DNA of 8,731 nucleotides from a virus (taxonomy: Duplodnaviria > Heunggongvirae > Uroviricota > Caudoviricetes). Of this stretch, positions 1 through 4,880 are shown piece after piece (positions within the stretch are counted from its first letter, which is position 1; the number at the start of each line of letters is the position of its first letter). The stretch lies in the IMG/VR virus record IMGVR_UViG_2531839532_000005, positions 1 through 8,731 of that record; one strand, given 5' to 3'. The position numbers and the translations under genes were made by a program. Under the pieces are notes generated by a model. That model saw nothing but the letters and a program-made list of their open reading frames with translations, ran no database searches and was not told the origin of the DNA.

Positions 1-341
1 CCCGTCGACCGTCCGGCACAGTCCATCACAGTGATAAAGGTTCTCAGTATGTATCGCTGGCCTACACACAGCGGCTTAAGGAAGCCGGATTACTGGCATC
101 AACAGGAAGTACTGGTGACTCGTATGACAACGCGATGGCGGAGAGCATCAATGGCCTTTACAAAGCGGAGGTAATACACCGTAAGAGCTGGAAAAACCGG
201 ACAGAAGTGGAGCTGGCCACACTCACGTGGGTGGACTGGTATAACAATCGACGATTGCTGGAAAGGCTGGGCCATATCCCACCGGCAGAAGCAGAAAAAG
301 CTTATTATGCTTCCATCGGAAACGATGATCTGGCAGCCTGA
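1..341 (+). CDS. IS3-family transposase OrfB (DDE integrase-core domain), C-terminal fragment; 5' part lies upstream of the window
   Basis: Frame 3 is open from the window edge to TGA at 339-341. The translation ...HSDKGSQYVSLAYTQRLKEAGLLASTGSTGDSYDNAMAESINGLYKAEVIHRKSWKNRTEVELATLTWVDWYNNRRLLERLGHIPPAEAEKAYY carries the third acidic region of IS3-family DDE transposases (D-N-x-x-x-E-S) and the C-terminal YNxxRxHxxLGxxxPxE tail. Assigned from memory of the family signature, not from a search. Confidence 0.8.
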   Translation, partial: RRPSGTVHHSDKGSQYVSLAYTQRLKEAGLLASTGSTGDSYDNAMAESINGLYKAEVIHRKSWKNRTEVELATLTWVDWYNNRRLLERLGHIPPAEAEKAYYASIGNDDLAA

Positions 342-426
342 GTTCACAGATAAAACACTCTCCAGGAAACCCGGGGCGGTTCATTTTGTTTACTGATGCC
401 GTAGAAAGGTCTCTTAGCAAGAATAA
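1..426 (+). mobile_element. Right-hand portion of an IS3-family insertion sequence; exact right terminus not determined (somewhere between about 345 and 426)
   Basis: The OrfB 3' end is followed by a short non-coding tail. IS3-family elements normally end a few tens of bp after the orfB stop. The hairpin at 427-445 and the fall in GC beyond about 460 look like they belong to the neighbouring gene, not the IS. I could not recognise the terminal inverted repeat by eye. Confidence 0.45.
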
Positions 427-445
427 CCCCAGTTTAACACTGGGG
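427..445 (-). terminator. Putative intrinsic terminator for the low-GC gene 463-1128 (stem CCCCAGT, loop TTAAC, stem ACTGGGG)
   Basis: Perfect 7-bp inverted repeat 427-433/439-445 located 18 nt downstream of the minus-strand stop at 463-465. On the minus-strand transcript the hairpin is followed by UUAUUCUUGCU (U-rich). Confidence 0.35.
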
Positions 446-462
446 TTGCTTGCAACAGAGCG

Positions 463-1128
463 TCAATTTTTAAGAGCACTGATACAGAAAAATTGCATGA
501 CATTTTTCTTTATTGATTTAAATAAGCTAAACATTGTGACAGGTTCAAAGCTAGTTAACTCGATGAATTCCTCTCTCATTTGAGAAAGTAACAGCTGACG
601 TACTGATTCAATTTCTGCTGTTTGTTTTCTCAAATATCTTGAGAAAACAAGTAGTTCATCAGCTGTTTTGTTTTGGCCATTTATAAACGTAACAGGTTGC
701 CCTAGCTTAGATATGAGAAAAAATTGGTTAATTTTATCAAGTAATGGTGGAATTATTTTTTTCCATTCAGCCCATTCTTTTTCACGATGAAACTCCAGAC
801 TGTGCTGACATGTTCTTAGTTGCTGCATATCAATCGCCCAGACCTCACTCTCATCGAGGCAATCTTTCCATTTGCTAATTACATTAATGTCAAATTTTTT
901 GTTCGGTAGATAATTATCTTTGGCGTGCGCTTCCAGTATAGAGGCAAGAGTACCTGTATATTGCATCAAATTGGTAGATGCTCGGTTTACTAGCTCTGAT
1001 ATTCGATCTAGTTGAGTTGTTCTAATCTCAAGTGCTTTCTTTTTACGTTCATTTCGTAAAGCAAAATATGCAGCAAGGCAGACTGCAGCAACTGTGGCTG
1101 CTGGTGCGATAAAAATTTGCATATTCAT
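463..1128 (-). CDS. Hypothetical protein, 221 aa: N-terminal single transmembrane/signal-anchor segment followed by a charged, probably helical domain; low-GC orphan (moron-like) gene
   Basis: ORF on the minus strand. I prefer the ATG at 1128-1126 (MNMQIFIAPAATVAAVCLAAYFAL...) because AGGA sits about 8 nt upstream, whereas the ORF-track start at 1152 has no RBS. Hydrophobic stretch IFIAPAATVAAVCLAAYFAL is followed by RNERKKK (positive-inside). G+C is roughly 35-40% on sampled 60-nt stretches versus about 55-60% in the flanking tail genes. No recognisable catalytic motif. Confidence 0.65.
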   Translation of the reverse strand: MNMQIFIAPAATVAAVCLAAYFALRNERKKKALEIRTTQLDRISELVNRASTNLMQYTGTLASILEAHAKDNYLPNKKFDINVISKWKDCLDESEVWAIDMQQLRTCQHSLEFHREKEWAEWKKIIPPLLDKINQFFLISKLGQPVTFINGQNKTADELLVFSRYLRKQTAEIESVRQLLLSQMREEFIELTSFEPVTMFSLFKSIKKNVMQFFCISALKN

Positions 1129-1322
1129 AACATGGATCCTTTGACATGGCATTTATGGGGGCTATTTCAGCAGTAATCATTTGTGTGTAAATTTGTTTGC
1201 TACAAATTAACATATTCTAATGTAAGGCTCTTCTGATTTTGACACCGGGTAGGCTGTCAGATTGGTTATGATTCTTGCTGTAAGCGCGTTAGCAAATGTC
1301 AGGGCTAATGCATCTAAGTTGT

Positions 1323-2432
1323 TTACTCTGTTTCTGCTATCCATTCCGGGATTTTGGCTTCAAGCTCAAGCTGCGTGGTAAAGCCACTGTTATCAATGGT
1401 GTGCTCGGCTTTTGCAATGATCCAGTCCTGATTATCAATCTCGCTTTTAAATCCTGTTACCGTGCCATGCATTTCGGGGTAGAGCTCTGCTCGTCCACGT
1501 GCCAGCGTGATGGAAAATGATGCGGCTCCGCGTTGTAGCTGCTGCCACTTTGCCGCCGCTGCGCGTCTTGCTGCCTGCTCGTTCTGATAAGTTTTGCGTA
1601 ACACAAACACATTGCCTTCCGCGCCTTCCATATAATCACCTTCACGGCTGCTGCTTTTCTCTTTTTTCGGTTTTGGCGGTTTGCGGCGTTTCACGCTGAC
1701 TTTTTTCTTTTTCCCGTAATTAAGATCAAGCCAGTAAGCGCGTACCCCCGTATACGCCTCGCGGTCAGCAATGCGGAACTGATGGCGATCGCCGCTGCTG
1801 CGTGTGATGGCGAACGATGGCAACGGCTGGCCCTGTGCGTTCACGCCACCGCCGGGCATGATGAATAACAGATTGCCGCTTTTTACCGTGGTGATTGCGC
1901 CCAGCATTTCCGCCATGCGCGTAAGGAAGGACATATCGCTTTCTTCGGTCTGGTCGGCGTGGTCGATTTCGATATCCATCAGCATTTCGCTGATTTGCGG
2001 TTTCAGACCATACCGATGAGCGATGGCGGATACCACACGCTCAACGGTCACATCATGCCAGGACACCTCACGTTTAACGTTAAATTCATCCCGAAAATCT
2101 GCGCTTCTGGCTGAAACGGTCAGCCTGTCCGGCGGTCCTTCGTGAGCGATTTCATCAACAATGTAAGTGCCTTTTTCAGTCAGCGGTTCCCCTTTCCAGC
2201 CAATGAGAACCGTCAGACGCGCGCCCCGTGGCGGTAGCTGCAACTGACCATCCGCATCATCCAGCGTGATGGTGAGCTGGTCCGCTTCAAATCCCCGGTT
2301 GTCGGTCAGTGACAGGCTCATCAGGCGTTCTGCCACGCCGGACAGCGTTTTACCCTCCGCGAGAATATCAAAATCCGGCATTTTCACGGGGTCTGTGCCC
2401 TGACTGAGCAATTGCATGGTGGTGTCGGTCAT
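1323..2432 (-). CDS. D: Phage late control gene D protein / tail protein D (gpD family), about 369 aa
   Basis: Minus-strand ORF. Start chosen at ATG 2432-2430 (MTDTTMQLL...) preceded by GGGAGGGAG. The ORF-track N-terminal extension up to 2564 is Arg/Pro/Ser-rich and probably non-coding. Motifs typical of gpD: RLMSLSLTDNRGFEADQLTITLDDADGQLQLPPRGARLTVLIGWKG, SARSADFR, SWHD, FLTRMAE, the lysine-rich KKKKVSVKRRKPPKPKKEK linker, YMEGAEGNVF, AKWQQLQRGAASFSITLARG, NSGFTTQLELE. Confidence 0.85.
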   Translation of the reverse strand: MTDTTMQLLSQGTDPVKMPDFDILAEGKTLSGVAERLMSLSLTDNRGFEADQLTITLDDADGQLQLPPRGARLTVLIGWKGEPLTEKGTYIVDEIAHEGPPDRLTVSARSADFRDEFNVKREVSWHDVTVERVVSAIAHRYGLKPQISEMLMDIEIDHADQTEESDMSFLTRMAEMLGAITTVKSGNLLFIMPGGGVNAQGQPLPSFAITRSSGDRHQFRIADREAYTGVRAYWLDLNYGKKKKVSVKRRKPPKPKKEKSSSREGDYMEGAEGNVFVLRKTYQNEQAARRAAAAKWQQLQRGAASFSITLARGRAELYPEMHGTVTGFKSEIDNQDWIIAKAEHTIDNSGFTTQLELEAKIPEWIAETE

Positions 2433-2589
2433 CTGCTCCCTCCCTGTGTGGCATGGTCGCATGTGCGTGCGGAGGGGGTTACTGCTTTTTGTTGTCGCCG
2501 TGGCGGGAGAACGGCGCAGGGGTGAGATTACGCGCGTGGTGGGTGATGATTGTTGCCGAATCATTTAACGGATACAAGGGGCTGAAGCT
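2433..2589. promoter_or_regulatory. Divergent intergenic region between D (-) and FI (+); candidate late-type promoter for the FI operon with an imperfect TGT-N12-ACA-like dyad at 2493-2510
   Basis: 157 bp separate the two divergent start codons. TGTcgccgtggcgggAGA at 2493-2510 matches two of three positions of the second half of the P2/P4 late-promoter dyad. GATGAT at 2545-2550 is a weak -10 candidate. The FI RBS AAGGGG lies at 2576-2581. None of this is strong; the promoter call is tentative. Confidence 0.3.
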
Positions 2590-3774
2590 ATGAGTGAAAC
2601 TCGTTTTCATGGTGCCCGTGTTACGGAAAATACCGACCTGGTAACAGCGATTAACGATGTTGATTCCAGCGTTATCGGTATCGTGGCAACGGCGGATGAT
2701 GCGGACGCGAAGCTGTTCCCGCTGAACAAGCCCACACTGCTGACCCGCGTCAATGACGTGCTGGGAAAATGCGGAACAACGGGGACGCTTTATCGTGCGC
2801 TTAAGGCCATCGCAGACCAGGTGAGCACAAAGGTGATCGTCGTTCGCGTGGCTGAACACAAAGAAGAAGACGAAAAGACGCAGGATCAACTGGTTATCGG
2901 TGGTTCTGAGGATGACGGCAGCTATACGGGGATGTATGCGCTGCTTGTTGCAGAGCAGGATGAAAGCATCGGATACCGTCCGCGTATTCTGGCCGCGCCG
3001 GAGCTGGACACGGAGGCGGTGACAAAATCCCTGTGCGTGATTGCGGGTAAACTGCGCGCATTTGTGTATGCCTCATGTCACGGCTGTAACACGATGGCTG
3101 AAGCGATTACCTACCGCCAGAAATTCAACGAACGTGAAGTGATGCTCTTATGGCCGGACTTCATCGCCTACAACCCGAAAAGGGGCGAAAACGAAACGTT
3201 CCCCGCGCCTGCTTATGCGTGCGGCCTTCGTGCGTACATTGACCATGAGCAGGGCTGGCACAAATCGCTGTCCAACGTTCCGGTTAAAAATGTGCTGGGG
3301 ATGTCGAGGCATGTGTTCTGGTCGTTGCAGGCCGAAGACTGCGATGCCAACAGCCTCAACAACAAAGAAATCACGACCATTATTCGTCGCAACGGGTTCC
3401 GCTTCTGGGGCAACCGCACACCGGAAACGAACGCCTACATTTTTGAGGTGTATACCCGAACCGCACAGGTGCTGGCTGATTCAATTGCGGAAGCGCAGTT
3501 TGAAACCATCGACAGTCCACTGACGCCTGCGAACGTGAAGGATGTTATCAGTGCCATCAGGGCAAAACTGGATTCACTGGTGACTGCCGGGAAACTGATT
3601 GGCGCGGAGTGCTGGTATGACGTGGTGGATAACAGCACCACGGATTTACGTCAGGGGCGTGTGCGTATTCGCTACAAATATACGCCCGTTCCGCCACTGG
3701 AAGACATGGAGCTTTACCAGACGTTTACTGATGAATACTTTGAACCCGCATTTGCGGTGCTGGGAGGTGCCTGA
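2590..3774 (+). CDS. FI: Contractile tail sheath protein (P2 FI family), 394 aa
   Basis: ATG at 2590 with RBS AAGGGG. Length and motifs match P2-type sheath proteins (FPLNKP, KLRAF, WPDF, EQGWHK..LSNV, IRRNGFRFWGNRT, YTRTAQV, YTPVPPLE). Stop TGA 3772-3774 overlaps the next start by one base (TGATG). Confidence 0.9.
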   Translation: MSETRFHGARVTENTDLVTAINDVDSSVIGIVATADDADAKLFPLNKPTLLTRVNDVLGKCGTTGTLYRALKAIADQVSTKVIVVRVAEHKEEDEKTQDQLVIGGSEDDGSYTGMYALLVAEQDESIGYRPRILAAPELDTEAVTKSLCVIAGKLRAFVYASCHGCNTMAEAITYRQKFNEREVMLLWPDFIAYNPKRGENETFPAPAYACGLRAYIDHEQGWHKSLSNVPVKNVLGMSRHVFWSLQAEDCDANSLNNKEITTIIRRNGFRFWGNRTPETNAYIFEVYTRTAQVLADSIAEAQFETIDSPLTPANVKDVISAIRAKLDSLVTAGKLIGAECWYDVVDNSTTDLRQGRVRIRYKYTPVPPLEDMELYQTFTDEYFEPAFAVLGGA

Positions 3775-4286
3775 TGGCTGTGCCAAAACATCTTCGCTTT
3801 TTTACGCTGTTTGTGGATGGTGAAAACGAAGTGGGTAAGGTGACGTCCGTCACTTTGCCTAAGCTGACGCGCAAAACCGACAGCTACCGGGGTGGTGGCA
3901 TGATGGGGGCGGTAAGTATTGATCTCGGCCTGGACGACTCCGCGCTTGATGCGAGCTTTGTCATGGGGGGCGCAGTTCGTGCGCTGTTCCTTAAATATGG
4001 CGGCACGATTGACGGCACGCTGCTGCGTTTTGCGGGTGAATACTACACCGATGCAGAAAGCGATCTGTATGAAATCGAGATGCGCGGGCGTGTGACGGAA
4101 ATTGATATGGGGGAAGCCAAACAGGGCGAAGCCACATCACACACTTACGCTGTCAAAAACACCTACTACAAGCTGAGCGTTAACGATCGCCCGCTGTGGG
4201 AAATCGACCTGTTGAACCACATCTACCGGAAGGACGGCAAGGACATTGTGCCTGACCGTATCCGTTCCGCGCTTGGGCTTGGCTGA
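3774..4286 (+). CDS. FII: Tail tube protein (P2 FII family), 170 aa
   Basis: ATG 3774 overlapping the FI stop, with RBS GGGAGG at 3762-3767. The size (170 aa) and its position directly after the sheath gene fit P2 FII. Confidence 0.88.
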   Translation: MAVPKHLRFFTLFVDGENEVGKVTSVTLPKLTRKTDSYRGGGMMGAVSIDLGLDDSALDASFVMGGAVRALFLKYGGTIDGTLLRFAGEYYTDAESDLYEIEMRGRVTEIDMGEAKQGEATSHTYAVKNTYYKLSVNDRPLWEIDLLNHIYRKDGKDIVPDRIRSALGLG

Positions 4287-4303
4287 TAAGTAATATGCAG
4301 GCG

Positions 4304-4322
4304 GCGCAGTGCGTCGCCTCTG
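4304..4322 (+). other. Intercistronic stem-loop between tube and E (GGCGGCG-cagtg-CGUCGCC, one G-U pair), possible partial terminator or mRNA stabiliser
   Basis: 7-bp stem with a 5-nt loop seen directly in the sequence, 18 nt after the FII stop. There is no strong U-tract (UCUGACUG follows), so if functional it is more likely an attenuator or 3'-end stabiliser than a full terminator. Confidence 0.25.
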
Positions 4323-4341
4323 ACTGAAAAGGAGACAACTG

Positions 4342-4716
4342 ATGAAAGACATCGATACTGAAACCCGGAATAACACCGTGGCGGATGATGTGACGGCAGG
4401 TGAGGATATGGCTGTCGAACGTGGCGTAAAACTGACCCGACCAATTGAGCGTGGTGGCGAAAAAATCACGTATGTGGAGATCACCGGGGCTATTGAACAG
4501 GCTGGATCCCTGCGTGGTCTGTCGCTGTCTGATGTGCTGAATCTGAAAGCGGATACCATGTTCACGCTGTTGCCTCGCGTGACCTCGCCACGACTGGATG
4601 AAGTGATGATTAAAAAAATGTCGTCACGCGATTTTATTCAGTTGTGCGCTGTGGCTGTAAATTTTATGAGCGAGCCAGACTCTGGCGCGAAGAGCGTGCA
4701 GGAGACGGCAGCGTAA
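4342..4716 (+). CDS. E: Tail assembly chaperone E (gpE family), 124 aa
   Basis: ATG 4342 with RBS AAGGAG at 4328-4333. It sits between tube and tape-measure genes and is followed by an overlapping -1 frame ORF, which is the conserved chaperone arrangement. Confidence 0.85.
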   Translation: MKDIDTETRNNTVADDVTAGEDMAVERGVKLTRPIERGGEKITYVEITGAIEQAGSLRGLSLSDVLNLKADTMFTLLPRVTSPRLDEVMIKKMSSRDFIQLCAVAVNFMSEPDSGAKSVQETAA

Positions 4717-4880
4717 TCACCCTGGTGTGCTTTGAGCACATCGAAGATCTGGTGGCAGATATCGCCGCCATTTTTAACTGGTCGCCCGCCGAAATCTTCA
4801 TGATGACGCCCGGCGAAGTGGTTAGCTGGCGTGAGCGGGCGGCACTTCGCAGCGGGAATGCAGACAATGAAGACTCTTGA
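4342..4880 (+). CDS. E+E' fusion produced by programmed -1 ribosomal frameshift at the A7 run 4612-4618; E' portion roughly 4614-4880
   Basis: The -1 frame has a stop at 4611-4613 and is then open from 4614 to TGA 4878-4880. The E frame reads ATT AAA AAA ATG across seven consecutive A residues (4612-4618), a Lys-tRNA slippery site. After slipping the sequence continues ...IKK-NVVTRFYSVVRCG...NADNEDS. The E' end overlaps the start of T. Confidence 0.65.

Noticed and set aside
1129-1152. Upstream ATG at 1152 as start of the cargo gene (MPCQRIHV...)
   Set aside because: No Shine-Dalgarno upstream; ATG 1128 has AGGA at appropriate spacing and begins directly with the hydrophobic anchor.
2433-2564. 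ORF-track N-terminal extension of D back to 2564
   Set aside because: The extension is Arg/Pro/Ser/Thr-rich with no RBS, whereas ATG 2432 has a strong GGGAGGGAG Shine-Dalgarno and begins the region resembling gpD.
2479-2889. 136-aa minus-strand ORF overlapping the FI start and upstream region
   Set aside because: Overlaps the sheath N-terminus on the opposite strand and runs through the regulatory region; composition not protein-like.
4137-4565. 142-aa minus-strand ORF spanning the FII/E junction
   Set aside because: Antisense to two well-supported tail genes and their intergenic hairpin; Ser/Arg/Pro-rich; no independent support.
4831-4866. ORF-track start at 4831 (and ATG 4859) for the tape measure gene
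   Set aside because: ATG 4867 has the better-spaced GGGAA ribosome-binding site; 4859 has the purine run immediately abutting the ATG. This remains uncertain and 4859 is not excluded.
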